A DNA stretch of 63,669 nucleotides, filler included, from Folioceros fuciformis (Eukaryota): the NCBI GenBank assembly GCA_049999805.1. It is 14 parts of 14 records of this genome, joined end to end, with 100 filler letters (N's around TTAATTAATTAA, not from the genome) between each part and the next. Parts side by side here need not be neighbours in the genome. Positions count along the whole stretch, not along the records: positions 22,852 to 30,550 come from JBNGIO010002249.1; positions 30,651 to 33,966 come from JBNGIO010002250.1; positions 34,067 to 39,493 come from JBNGIO010002251.1; 11 more parts are not named here. The stretch is one strand, 5' to 3'. Made by a program: the position numbers and the translations under genes. A model generated the notes under the pieces. That model worked only from the letters and a program-made list of their open reading frames with translations. It ran no database searches and had not been told where the DNA came from. Numbering within the stretch: position 1 is the first letter of the stretch; the number at the start of each line of letters is the position of its first letter. Below are positions 25,330-38,840 of the stretch, piece after piece.

Positions 25330-28300
25330 GGGCCATTGAAACCCTGAGTGCACCAGCAATGGGCAAGGTCAGCAACAAAGCAAAAGACGAGATGTGCTGG
25401 CCCCAAAAACCAAAGAAAGGAAACAAACAAGGAACTGAGCACCAAATCTTAGCAATATTGAAGGTCGCTGGAGGGAAGGAAGCCAACAGCCTTGCAGGGT
25501 ACTAAACCTAGAGACAGGTGCCAAGTTGCAATATGCACGACCAAGGGTAAGTGGTAACAACTAGTGAGCGCCAAGACAAAAAAAACCAATGTCAGCAGAC
25601 ATATCTGTTTACTCTTGCCAGACTGTCCAGGGTATTCGACAGCTGTAGCAGCAGGGGATGATCGCTAGAAGTAGCGGCATGGGTCAAGTAGCGTCATGTG
25701 GTCACGCACGAAAGGCTGCGGTGGGAAGGTAAGAGGGGGGGGGCGAGAGAGACTTAGGCCGCAAGCAACAGTAGGTAGGACGAATCCAAGAGGGCCAAAC
25801 ATGGCTGGTCGCAGCTGCAATGCCGAGATGCACGCCACCCTACACCAGCAATCTAAAGTGCCACCACCAGCAACTGTACACCCAGCTCCGCTTACACGTC
25901 GCGCAACGCTCTCCACCACAAATGTGCGTATCTGCCGCAGCAACCACAAGCCACGGAGGTGCAGTGAGGCAGCAGCACGTCGTCTCCTACTAAACGTGCA
26001 TGCATTTGTCGAAGCCTACAAATGCCCCGAAGCGAACGTGAGCGGGGCTGATGCAAGCATAGCACCTCTTGAACCTCCACGCGTGAATGTAATTCAACTT
26101 GCTCCAGCCAGCAAAGTTCACTTTCTTAAACGCATAAGGAAAGAAACAACCTACCTTTCATGATATATGGTATGTCAAACATCAATCTTATGGGGCCTCA
26201 AATATATAGCATTGGGGGTCCTTGGCCTTTGAAAATTGTAGTACCATAGATCACTTGGGGTCCTTGGCCTTTGAAAGTCGCAGTACCATACATCACTTGG
26301 GGTCCTTGGCCTTTGAAAATCGCAGTAACCTAGATCACTCGGGGTCCTTGGACTATGATACCCGCTGTCGTGGAGGGGCCTCTTGGCATCTTAACCATGT
26401 CGACATGGTTTTTGGATTTCGAGGTTTCCGCTTCTATATCGAGAGATGTTTGTTGGTTGTTGAGGTTTTTGGTCCTTAGATTTGATTACTTCGCGACCAT
26501 GAACTCTCTACACTTTGATACCCGCCACCCTACACCAGTAATCCAAAGTGCCACCACCATCAACTCTACACCTAGCTCCGCCAATAGGACGCGCATCACT
26601 CTCCACCACAGATGCTTGCATGCACCAAGACAGCCATAGGCCATGCAGGTGCAATGACGCAGCAGGACGTCGACTCCTAGTGAACGCGTATGAATCTGTC
26701 GAAGCTTGTAAATGACCCGACGCGATCGTGAGTGGGCGAATGCAAGCGTAGCACCTCTTGAACCTCCACGCGCAAATGTAAGTCAACTTGCTCCAACCAG
26801 CAAAGTTCACTTTCCAAAATGCATAAGGAAAAAAACAACCTACCTTTCATGATATTTGGTATGTCAAACATCAATCTTGTGGGGCCTCAAATATATAGCG
26901 TTCGAGGTCCTTGGCCTTTGGATCACTTGGGGTCCTTGGCCTTTGAAAATTGCAATAGCCAATCAATCGGGGTCCTTGGACTTTGATACTCGCTTTCGTG
27001 GAGGGGCCTCTTGGCATCTTAACCATGTTGACATGGTTTTTGGATTTTGAGGTTTCCGCTTCCATATCAAGATGTTCCTTGAATGTTGAGGTTTTTGGTC
27101 CTTAGATTCGATTACTTTGCAGCCACGAACTCTCTACACTTTGATACTCAACAAAATAACCATGAATATCAGTCCTTGGACTTTGAGCAATAAGGTTTAT
27201 CCCCCAGGGGCCTGTAAGTACTCCAAGACATCTGGCCCCACTGTTCTTTGACTGATCCAATCACTTGCATTCGACAGCGACCAGATGTAATTTGGTCTTA
27301 TGGACCGACGTGGACCAAATGTCATTTGAACCATCAGTGACCTTATGTCCAGTACACCAAAAGCAACCAAATGTCTCCTACACCGGAAGCGACCAAATGT
27401 CTTGCACACCAGAAGCTACCAAATGTCCTACACACCAGAAGCAACCAAATGTCCTACACACAGCAAGCGACCACATGTCTTGCCTTCACACAAGAGCCTA
27501 GAAGCAGCCTGTCCAATGCTCAAAAATGGAGGGAGCTCAAGCTCCCAGCTCCTAACAAATGAGGAAGCCACCACTTAACTCGCCACTCATGCGTGCAACC
27601 AAGAGCAAGGAACCATGACGTGGAGTGCTAGAACACCACAAGGCCTCACGCCACAAGCACTTAAAAACGCCACTAGACGTTGCGTTCTACCATAAACCCT
27701 AAACCCTAGAACACCAGAAGAACAAAACACCAGCTTTGGAGCCATTGAAACCCTGAGTGCACCATCAACAGGCAAGGTCAGCAACAGACCAACAGACGAG
27801 ATGTGTTGGCCCCAAAAACTAGAGGAAAGGAAAAACACCAAGGATCTGAGCACCAAGTCTTAGCAGCATTGAAGGTCGCGGGAGGGAAGGAGCTAATAGC
27901 CTTGCAGGCTAGTGAAGCTAGAGACAGGTGCCAAGCTGCGGCATGCACAACCAGGGGTCAATGGTAGCAACTAGTGAGTGCTAAGAACACAAAAGAAACA
28001 AGTGTCAACAAGCATATTTGTTTGCTCTTGCTAGACTGTCCTCGATATCCAACAACCGCAACAGCAGGGGATGATCGCTAGCAACAACAACATAGTTTGA
28101 GCAACGTCATGTGGTCACCCACGAAAGGTTGCAATGGGAAGGTAGGAGGGCCAAACATGGCTGGTTGTAGCTGCAAACCCTAGAAGCACGCCACCCTACA
28201 CCAACAATCCAAAGCGCCACCCCCAGCAACTCTACACCCAGCTCCGCCAACACGATGCCCATCACTCTCCACCACACACGCATGCATGCGCTGGGGCGGC

Positions 28301-28390
28301 CACCGGCCACGGAGGTGCAGTGAGGCAGCAACATGTCGTCTCCAACTGAACGCTGATGCATCAGTCAAAGCCTGTAAATAATCCGACACT
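25330..28390. repeat. Compound duplicated block with embedded minisatellites
   Basis: 25330-25665 is repeated at 27735-28080. ~25830-26515 is repeated at ~26520-27150 and partly at 28185-28390. ~39-bp units at 26215-26350 and ~25-bp units at 27280-27480. Confidence 0.85.
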
Positions 28391-30650
28391 AACCCGAGCG
28401 TATAAGAAGTCTGAAGTTGCAAATAAAAGAAGATAAATATATATTATTAAGTAACTTTTTCACATTGATAGAAAGTAAAACATAAATAATAAATCATAAA
28501 AATACATTTTTCCATAATAATAAAAAGTAATTACTTAAAGTGAAATATGAAAAGATAACATAAATATACAAACCACCATTCTCTCTCTTGAGCAGAACAT
28601 GACCTTTTGTACCTGTGCCAATTGGTTCAAAAGTGTGGCACCAAAGCATGCTTACACCCCTTTCCTTCTTTTCAATGCTTGTGCCAACCCCCGCTTCTCC
28701 CGCGTGCTTGGCACTCTACTGAATCGCTGCCCACAACACGGACCGCTCGATGTGAAAAAGTTTCCATTTCAATAGTAAAGTGACTCCATTGAATTGTTGG
28801 ATCGTTGCTTCAAGGAGGGACTTGGTTTGCCCATGCTTTCTTATGAACATCGAGTAGTCCGCCCACAATGGAGGACTCTTATCTTAGGTAGTGGTGTCTT
28901 ATCATTAATGGCCACTCTTCATAAGAAGAGTGAATCGTGCCTCCGACTGGCCTCATGGGATCCCGTCCTTTTTCTATCTTATTACTTAAACCCACAAGCT
29001 CATAAGAATACGCCTATGTATTTGTCTAGGAAATATCTATACTCTACCTACCACTTCATGACACTTTCCCTTGAGAGAGATGCCTACTAGCAGTGTGCAC
29101 AAGGGGACCCACTAGATTTGGAAGAGTTAGAACTGACTTTGGAAGAGGAGAGGGTCCATCTACATAATAAGATCTTAAAGACCAATCAAGAGTTGTTGAG
29201 GACTGCAAGAAGGAAGGCAATTGAGCCACATGATGATGACCAAGTGAAGCTAAAGAAAGCCATCCCTCCCCATGATAGAGTGAAAGGAGGATAGCGATAT
29301 GGATACTAAAGATTCTAAATGGAAAGAAGTGAGTAAGAGTGGGCACAAGAAGGTGCGAAAACGTTATCTGACTTAGCAGTCCTGTTACTAAACCACCTAT
29401 GGAGAAGGAAGGGAGTTTACCTATGAATAATGGAGGGGGACAACTCAAGAAGGGAGATATTCTCCCCTGGAGGAAGGAAAGGGACGTGAAAAGGTACAAG
29501 GGATAGTAGAAGGTGTCACTGTGCAGATATTGAGCAAACTTGCACGCGCCAAAGGTAGCCCTACTTATGCGAGAGGAAGGAGGAAGTCAAGAATTAGAAG
29601 ATGACATCTAACCAATGAATTCGGCTGTCGCAAAGGCCCAAGAGGTAGGGTATCTTCTTCTCCAAAGAGATCCAGACCCAATTAGCACATGTGCAGCAGC
29701 ATCTAAGGGGGTTAAGCGCCCCCCTCTTTGAAGATATCAACATCTTACCTCTATAATGCATCAAGAGACATTAACAAGGAGAATAAAGGGAGGATAGTAG
29801 TGAGAGGTCAACGTTTGCCTATGTAGTGGATAAAAGAGAAGAATGCTAGGCCAAGAGTGATAAATAGCTTCTGAGAGATAGCAATAGCCGATTGCCTCCT
29901 AGTTAGATGCGATACTTGCCATAACAAAGGCCTGCCATAGGAGTTGCGTGACTTGTACTTGTTGCTGTTCTAAAAGCTAGGTTGACCAACACTCGTTGCA
30001 AAGTAATAGATATGCATTGTGGAACAAAGCCACCATAAAAGAAAGAGGGCAAATCCATTCCTATGACTTTGATATACTTTTCGCACTCCTTGATGAACCT
30101 TGAAAAATCCTTCGTATGGCCTCATGGGTCTCGAGAGAAGGGGATGAAAATATGAATGTCTTGTAGGGGAGAATACTGACTTTTGCGCTTACATAATTTG
30201 GTATAGTATTTATGTATTCTCCATCCTCTTCTACTATGTTTCAGTACTATGATTATTTTTTTTGCCTTTCAAAAGGTCTATTTCCTTTTTATAAATGTTT
30301 TTACATGATATTCCTTGTGCTATTCTCGAACATTTTCAAGACCATTTAGAAAGGTCTTTTCTTTAGTTTAAGGGAAGAAAATAATAGAGAAAGTAAAAAT
30401 ATAGTATCAATAGTAATGATTAGAATGCATCTCGTATTTATGGTAATCATAGGTCTGTTTTTGATACTTTTTTTTTAATCACTCATAGAAGTTATTTTTG
30501 AATTCGATAGTAATCATAGGCCTGTTTTTGATACTTTTTTTTTAATCACTNNNNNNNNNNNNNNNNNNNNNNNNNNNNNNNNNNNNNNNNNNNNTTAATT
30601 AATTAANNNNNNNNNNNNNNNNNNNNNNNNNNNNNNNNNNNNNNNNNNNN

Positions 30651-30725
30651 GACGAGACGAGACGAGACGAGACGAGACGAGACGAGACGAGACGAGACGA
30701 GACGAGACGAGACGAGACGAGACGA
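30651..30725. repeat. (GACGA)15 microsatellite at a contig edge
   Basis: 15 perfect pentamer copies. Confidence 0.98.
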
Positions 30726-31256
30726 GGCCAGACCCGGCCAGCCGAGGACTTCATGCCCTCTGCAGCGCTGGCTGGGCGGCCTGTTGCTCCTGCAGTCCAA
30801 TCCGGGTGCGTTATAAAAGATGAGATATCACGTTTCTCGCAGCGCCGCTGCAGGCAGCAGGCGTTAGGCCAATCGGTTGCCATTGCCTTGTGGGGCTTGT
30901 TTACGGGGCGGTGCGAAAGCCATGAGCGCTTGTCCTGGAGCCACAAAGGCGTTTTGTCTTGCAGACTCTGAACCTGGCTCCAGATTGATTCCTTCTCTCC
31001 ACCTGCCGCTGGGGTGCTGCTGCACCAGCTCTACGACCTCTTGCCTTCGTACCCCACCCTCTGTGCAGACTGCGTTGTTCTGCATACCATGCCCAGCAGT
31101 CGCAGCAGGCAGGCAGCAGTATCAGCATGGATCGATGTAGTCTATGCGGATTGTACAGCATAGTGTTTGGAGGCGAGCGGGCAGCAGGCCTATGTGGCTG
31201 TAAAAAGATGGTGAACATCTCTGTGATGTAGTGTACTGCAAGTGTTGTACATAGCT

Positions 31257-31340
31257 CGGCTGGACTGGACTGGGCTGGGCTAGCCTGGCCTGACCTGGCC
31301 TGGCATGGCCTGGCCTGGCTGCGCTGAGCTGAGCTGAGCT
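31257..31340. repeat. Degenerate pentamer microsatellite (GGACT/GGGCT/GGCCT/GAGCT)
   Basis: Continuous 5-bp periodicity with drifting unit sequence. Confidence 0.85.
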
Positions 31341-32049
31341 GCCCATATGTGCTGCTCCTGCCATATATTCTGCCCCCGCTGGAGCTGGTCTGCCACATTC
31401 TCCTGCCGCTCTGCTCCGTACGAGGACGGCCCGAAACGGGATTGTTAATAGGAGTTTGGGCACAATCAGAGAGGGTGGAAAGCTGCTTTCAGACGCGGTC
31501 GTGTAAAAAGCAGCCGACCGCTTCGGGTGGCCATTTCACAGCCAAGTAAACAAAGCGACTTGCACGAATAGCTACAACGGTGGACCACAAGCAGCCCGAA
31601 TCAGGCCGCGTCATAGGTCTCCGATGTCCACCACGTCCCAGACAATCTGCGTGGTGGCCACGGGCCCCAAAGTTTCCCGGGCCCGGGCCCGGGCCCGGCT
31701 TTCCCCTTTTCCACACTGCCTGTGTGAACAGGGCGCTCCATTATTTCTAGGACCATAAACGGGCGGCGTCCACGGCTCCCTACTGGACGGACGCGTGTAC
31801 GCGCCCTTTCCCGGCCCCACCGCGCTACCAACAGAGTCGTCCGTCGGGCGCCCACCCGTCCATCATGTACGGCTTTACAGCCCCGATTTTTCCATATACA
31901 GTATGTATAACTGTTGTACCATACGGCAGCTTTCCATATGCCAGCGCCAACACCCGCCTCCCTATACATACCCCTTTGCAGTAGCGCGGGAAGCTTCCTT
32001 CCCGGGGGAGGACGACTTCCTTTCGCTGCCAGCATTATCCAATCCCAAG

Positions 32050-33966
32050 TTCTGTAAGTTGTGCATTGTGAATTTTTACTACTTTGCGATGACGAAGATT
32101 GTAAATGCAGGAGTTGCAAGTTGTCCATAGTGCCAGGTTGGTTTTCAAGGGGATTAATATGTGGTGATTGAAGGTGTACTGCTGCGAGTTGTCCGTTGTG
32201 CCATGTGGGTTTTCAAGGGGATTAACATGTGGTGATGAAGATGTACTGTAAGGTGTGAGTTGTAAGTTGTGCACAATGTGTTTTTGGCTTCTATGGACAA
32301 TGAAGATGTGCGACTGCACATATGTAAGTTTTTGGCTTCAAGTGATGAAGGCCGGCGCCTAAACCTCACCCAAAGTTTATTATCCTCTTCTCGAGAGGCA
32401 TGTGGGATTTGTCGTTACGTGCTCAGCCACCAGCTCCACTCCACCGGTTAGTTTTCAATCCATCGTCATTTGTTAGCCCAGTTGGCACCAAACTCGTCCC
32501 CTACATTCCTGTGAAATGCATATGTGGTATACAGATCTGTATGTAATTTGGTTTGAATACTTTCTTATTCTCCAAGCTGCACTTGAGCGGTGAAGTGCAT
32601 TCGTGGGCTATAGAGTTTGAATGGGCTTTTACTCTTCAGGCTTTTGGTCGATGGTAAACACAAGCGTATCTTTCGTTCCATGCCTAGGCTTAGTGCATTC
32701 TACATTAGGTCTTCCTTATGAGAATTATGGTTCTCAAGGGCCTTCAGCAACCTCGATCTCCAGTTCAAGGGTCTTCAACAACCCTGATCTCTAGTACACA
32801 GTTTCTGCAATGAGGGCACGGCTTTAGGAAGTCCACTTCTCAATTTCATGAACAATAGGTTTGATACACTTGCAGTGTTTCCTGCTAACCATTCTTGTCC
32901 AACGCTAGTGTCTATTCTTCACATCTAGTTCAAACGAGCTTCTCACCAATGTGCACCTATGATCATATCTTGGGGTTTGAAAACTTGCAACATCTTGTCT
33001 TAGGTTCGTTCTGTAAAGAGCACTTGAACTGGTTAGTAGCATTAAGAGGAAAGTGCTCTAAGCAAGAGGTAAATTGGGGCCGACAACTCGACCAAGAGGA
33101 TAAAGGCGTTTTGGGAAAAATATTTGCTTAGGAGGATTGCTGGCCAATTCTTAAGTAAGCCCTGGAAGTGCCCGCCATAGAAGAAGCCGAGAACTTTTGC
33201 ATAATAGGCTGCAGGCGGTGGAGCCAAGCTTGCTTAATTGTGAGATAATTTCAAAAGTGTAGCGAGTAAAAGCCATGGAGATCATAGTGTTATCACTTGT
33301 AGTGAGTGGAAGCGGTGGAGATCATAGTTGATGGAAGCCTAGAGCCTAGACTGTGCTTAAGATCATATGTGGTTTCAGAACCCGTTGTGGTGAGGGGGAA
33401 AACTAAAGGAAGTAAAGATCACCCTTGCGTTTACGATCGACCAAAAGTGTGAAGAGTAAAGGCCCAGTCGAACTCCATAGCCCGTGAATGCACTTCGCCA
33501 CCGAAGTGCAGCTTGGAGAATACGAAAGTATTGAAACAAAAGTACATATAGACATGTACATACCTATACCACATGAATGAAAATTGTAATCAAAATTGAT
33601 CAAAATTGTACGTGATCAAAATTGTAAGGTGTAAGTTGTGCAACTCACTTGGCTTTTATTGGTGATGAATGAATGTACGATTGTGCGGATGTGTAAGTCT
33701 TTGGCTTCTAGTGATGAAGTCTTTGGCTTTGGATGATGAAGATTTGCAATTGTACGAATGTGAGTTGTAGGTTGTATGATCTGAATTGTAAGTTGTAAGT
33801 TGTGCAACTCATTTGGCTTATATTGGTGATGAATAAATGTACAATTGTGCGGATGTGTAAGTCTTTGGCTTCTGGTGATGAAGTCTTTGGCTTTTGGTGA
33901 TGAAGATGTGCAATTGTACAAATGTAAGTTGTAGGTTGCATGGTGCATATTGTAAGTTGTGCAAGT
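32050..33966. repeat. Related degenerate tandem arrays at 32050-32350 and 33620-33966
   Basis: Recurring tgtaagttgtgca, ggtgatgaagatgt and ttggcttct motifs; ~178-bp higher-order duplication in 33630-33940. Confidence 0.7.
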
Positions 33967-34066
33967 NNNNNNNNNNNNNNNNNNNNNNNNNNNNNNNNNN
34001 NNNNNNNNNNTTAATTAATTAANNNNNNNNNNNNNNNNNNNNNNNNNNNNNNNNNNNNNNNNNNNN

Positions 34067-34324
34067 AAGAGGGAGTTAGACTACATATACTAAGTGGGTT
34101 CATCCCTTCTTTTATGGACCTATGGGTGGCACTCTCATTTCATGCCCAATATGGGATAAATGACCCCAACCAAACCCTACAATACTTCTTTTGCCCAACA
34201 TAGCAAAGTCTAATAAGCTATATATATATATTAATCATAACCTTAATCACTCTTACCACTAATTAGTACAAACTCAATAAGCTGGATTAACACTAATTAA
34301 TATCAACGTTAATCATGCTTAACA
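34067..34324 (-). mobile_element. LTR fragment, family E (TGTTAA start)
   Basis: 34067-34146 is the reverse complement of 55430-55509 with one mismatch. Terminal TG at 34324. Confidence 0.8.
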
Positions 34325-34429
34325 AGGTCACTATACTCTTTTCTAAGTATCTTAAACAAAGAGCACCTAAAGGAGGTGGTTTGTGAGTCGGAGGATAGTG
34401 GGCTACTTGGGCCTAGTGCTACATCATCC

Positions 34430-34550
34430 CTCCAAGCAAGTCGAAGAATGGTACATTGATTCGGGAGCTACGGAGCACATGACCAATAGGCGTGAGTGGT
34501 TCCAATCTTTCAAGTCCATTGCTGCTACCAAGATCTATTTGGGTGATAAG
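34430..34550 (+). mobile_element. Copia protease fragment
   Basis: EEWYIDSGATEHMTNRREWF...IYLGD. Confidence 0.85.
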
Positions 34551-35412
34551 TGTGAGAGAGATGAGTGGTTTGTGAGTTAAGCACTGCAGAGTGAATGAAC
34601 GTGAGATGAACGTTGCTGAGCAAATGGAGCGTGACCGAGTTGAGTGATTGATTTGTAAGTTGAGGGCTGCCGAGTGGAGAGACGAAATCCGAGGCATACA
34701 TACAACTTTCTGCATACACCTGGAAAGATTAGTATTAGTTTCCAGTGCCCCTTATATCTTTTGTCAAAAAAGCTGTTTTCTACATTTCATGTGAATGAAG
34801 ATAGGGAAGAAAAGACATGAAAACTTTTACTGCTCCGTCTGTCACACCAAATTGTGAATCTACTGAGGTATAACAAATATCATCTGAACCCCAGATCCAT
34901 TTCACAATTATTTTCCAAATCAAACATCATATAAAAACAGTTAGCTCATGGACTTTTTCAAGCACATGAACACATTTGGCCAACCCCTCTACTCCTCGGC
35001 ACGACTCAAGCAGATAATATTACCAGATGTATAGATTAAGGGGTCCAGGTCTTCACCAGATCTCCCCTGGCGTTCCCATACTCATGTCAATTTTCCAAGT
35101 TATTCACCAATCGACTCGAGGAGAGTTGGAGTAAGGCGCACCTACACACATTCACCAGCCACCTTGCCTCCTTCCCGCGCCTCACGCCTCCCCAGCCCCA
35201 CCCAAAACCTCCGCGGAGATGTACAGCAGATGAGGGTCCCAGACAAAACCGGGGAATCAGCAATAAGTAAGCGTAAAGAGATGTCCGAAGGCATAGGAAG
35301 TCATCCTCAGTCAGTTGTGTTTCCACGGGCAACGCCCTCGTCATTTCATTCCCGGTGATCAGGAATTAGAAGTCGTGACACGGCCGCTACAATGGCAAAA
35401 TATCATACCCAA

Positions 35413-36351
35413 TCAAAGTTGGCCTGCCAACTTTTTTAAATGCTGGAAGGCACGCTGCTTGATCCATTGTCGATCATACGGAACATAAGCATTGATTGTC
35501 GGATCAAGTCTGGAGACACATGTCGAGAACACCAAATGTCGTTCAATTTCTCAGCAAACACAACTCTTATCCTAGTGCTGCGAAAACAGTGATAGAAAAA
35601 TCTACGAACTAAATGGATTCCAGAGAACATACACCAAAGCACTTATATCTGGCTGCCCATCAATAAATTTGTAAAGGTCCCCAATATCGTATGTAATGTT
35701 GCGCTTGTCAGGATTTGCTTCTTTGAGCCTCTTTTCAAAAAGAGCACAAATCCCTGCAGAAGAAAGAGGGATAACGTCAGTTGAGGGCTAAATCTCTTGC
35801 ACTTAAAGCTGTCACAAAGAACAGTATCGACTTACCGTCCATTGCTAGGGACACAGTCTCATAGTCCATGAATGTACGGGTTGCTCTGCTGGAGAGAGGC
35901 TGCCATAAGATAATCGTATGCCTATTTGCCTGCAACAGAATGGAGTTTACTTGACGCAGCTAAGACGGAGGCAAATCTAGCAAACGAGAGAGTCACATAA
36001 TCATTCACTATGTAAAGTCTGTGACGATGCCAACACGGCCCGGTCAAATTTTTTCAACATCCCGTGGCAACACACGAAGGATGCGGCACAGAAAAACCTC
36101 AGAGAGACGGACGTAAGAAGGCCACAGTCCTGAACCCTAAAAGCATGGCATGACACAGACAAAGACCGGGTGGACGAAGGGTTGGAGGCAACCTAGATAT
36201 GCAGACCAACAGCCAAACGCAGGAAAGGCAAGCAGAGATGATACAATCTCAGAATGAAAGCCGTGAATACAAAGGAAACTGAGCTGCTACGGTGCCACGA
36301 GGACCCGTCACGAGACACAATGACAGCTGCCAGTAGGGTAGCATGTACCAT
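35413..36351 (-). CDS. ERH: Enhancer of rudimentary homolog (104 aa)
   Basis: Exons: ATG-only 36351-36349 (inferred), 35929-35836, 35753-35633, 35509-35413. Protein MANRHTIILWQ...RTFMDYETV...GICALFEKRLKE...ITYDIGDLYKFIDGQPDISALV...AYVPYDRQWIKQRAFQHLKKLAGQL. GT-AG introns. Position of the ATG exon is less certain. Confidence 0.93.
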
Positions 36352-38011
36352 AGCTGCTCGCCTGCTGGGGATGGAAACACGCTGGAGGTTAACGCGATGA
36401 CAATTGCAGCTGGCTTCCTCAGAGTCGCTAAGGCCTCAAAAGCATACTCGCGGCCAGCATGATGGTCTGCGATAACTGCGTTCGTCACCTACAAGCACAA
36501 GCACAAGCACAAGCACAAGAAGCACATTAGTTGCCCTAAACTGTACCTTTATTGGCTATTCGATGTGTGGAGCCTTCGGAATGGACAGGTTTGTGTGACA
36601 CACATTAGGACGGCGTGTTTAAGCCTGCGATCGCTACTGGTGAGGCGCAAAGTGGAAGGACGATAATAAGAAACTCACGGCATTCGTTCCTCGCATGTTG
36701 CAACCATAGCGGAGGTCGGGCTGAGTGTCTCACTTGCTGAAAAACTCAGCGAACTGTCATTTTTGCTAAAACGTGGTGTAGAGATTGTTCGATCCCAAAT
36801 CTGGAATTTCGAATGGCCTAACAATGCGCTGTTACAAACCCGCATGAAACGGCGGACGCGAATCCTTGCACGGCACGTTTATGAAAACCTTTGCGCAAGG
36901 ACAATGCGCAGCCTTGAACTGCAGTTGCCAAGCATTGTTTGCAGACAATTCGCAGCAGACAACTGTCGTTGTCAGCCTTTGCTTGCAGACAACTGTTGTT
37001 GACAGCCTTTGCTTGCAGTCAATTCGCAGCTACGGCTGCAGTAACTTCATTTAGGTTTCTGTAGTTTGGCAGGCTTCACAATCTGGTGCTGAAATTTGAA
37101 CACATTCCTGATGCTCAAATTTGGTGCCTTCTTTCTCCGTCTAAATGCTACTCTCAAAACTCCTCAAGTATCCTTTCATGCGCTGAAAATATCCTAAAAA
37201 GAAGGATTGCGGTCACCGCAGTACATACCAGAAGCCGTGAAGGATTACATTCTGAGCAGTACAGACGAGAAATGTGATATGTGTGAGCTGAACAGGGTTA
37301 GCCAAGGGGAGGGTGACATTCCGTCTTATACAAGCCAACTCCAAAGCAAATGCTCTGCAATGCGCGGTTTTGCAGTAGCATCAGCACAAGGGCCAGTGAA
37401 ATCCTTGCAGAAGGAGGCTCTGCCCAGCCGGGAGGAAAACGTGTAGTCCATCAGCTTCTGTTGTGGCTCCAGCTGCAAATCCTGTTCAACCAGACGTCTG
37501 GAAGTACGTATACATGGAAGGGTAGCATGGATGGGGAAGCTGTTGCCCATCCCTCATCAGATGGACAGACTCGGCGACCTACTTAGTGGCAACGGGACTC
37601 AACGCTTGTCTTTTGCCCTACTTATTCAGCGCCAAGCATTCTTCAATCTGCTCCGGGCTGTCGTTACCACATATCGTAACTAATTGTCAACGCTAACTAT
37701 CGCCACTTCTATTCAATACTAGAGAGTTCGTCTCTTGCTCCCCTTTGTCATCGGGTGACAATTCTTCTCAGACCGTGAATCCTCATCCTCCGTGCTGACC
37801 AATGTAACAGAAAATAACGAGCGTCACTTTTAGAAAATGAGGAGGCTTCACAGCCATCGTCGTAATACATCATAATCAATACATCTCGGCACGAAGCTGC
37901 CATTTTCCGCCAGCAGGCGAGAAATCAATCCACAGCTCGCAAAAACTGAGACCAAACCCCATGGCGCATGACCAAACAGTTTTCCAATCGTCCCTAAGGA
38001 GAGCACACCCT

Positions 38012-38613
38012 CTAATTCGCTTTCTCTTTGATAACTTCAATATCCATCTCAGTCGGATCCGTTGCCTGAAGCTCGTAATGAACACCATCCAGCTCTCTGC
38101 GAAACCGGTCCTTGGAACTGGCATACATCATCTTGGCTTTCACTCTAGAAGTGTCGGGGGACCTACAGACATGCAGGCACGAGGATCAGACTTAACAGGA
38201 ATGAAGAAAGAGCGCCTACTTGGTCAGATCCGTTGCTACGTACCAAGCTATGAAGAAGATCTTGCTTTTCTGACAGTTGTCTGAAGTGGTGAAATCGAAA
38301 TCGAAGACTCCGTATCTACAGTCATGTTCTGGAAGGGCAGCAGTGAAGTCGTCATAAGTTTCAGATGGACCACCTGCTTTCTCCACCACAACCTGCTGAA
38401 CTTTCTCGTCAATTTTGAAAACTATGTAGCGGTAGGTCTTCTTTCTCTTAAGCTCCATAAATTTGAGCTTGCACTCATCACTCACTGCCATTCCCGAAGC
38501 CGCGTTCGCCTACAAGAAGATGTTACGCAAACATCCATCAGATCTGACAGATCGCAGGAGTCCTCAGGAAACATGACTGCACCAAGTAGGAGCTGAAGAG
38601 ACCAACCGACCAT
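38012..38613 (-). CDS. ADF: Actin-depolymerizing factor / cofilin (139 aa)
   Basis: Exons: ATG-only 38613-38611, 38509-38244, 38162-38012. Protein [18 protein letters not shown]...[10 protein letters not shown]...[33 protein letters not shown]...ELQATDP. Typical plant ADF structure with Ser6. Confidence 0.97.
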
Positions 38614-38831
38614 TGCAAACACGATGAATAGGTGTCGCTGGAAAAGACCGCTGGCGTTCCTGCCTCGTCCCCGAGGATCTGTGCAGAACACCGGCTCCGT
38701 CGGGAAGGAGGCTTCTCAACCACGGCACAGGAGGAGACGTGTATGAGTAGTGTGGTCCACTGGAGCTTTAGCACCTCCCTCGTCCGCTAGTCCCTACGTG
38801 AACGAGCCCCTAACCCATGACCCCAGCCTGG

Positions 38832-38840
38832 TTAGGGTTT
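38832..38840 (-). promoter_or_regulatory. Telo-box (AAACCCTAA) upstream of ADF
   Basis: Exact motif ~220 bp upstream of the ADF ATG. Confidence 0.35.

Noticed and set aside
27693-27708. Telomere repeat or telomerase RNA template (TAAACCCTAAACCCTA)
   Set aside because: Only two units inside a repeat block, with no USE/TATA promoter visible.
28760-30130. Possible LINE remnant on the minus strand
   Set aside because: Too decayed; no RT or endonuclease motif found.
37086-37590. Short ORFs between ERH and ADF as a fourth gene
   Set aside because: No recognisable domain and no consistent splice model.
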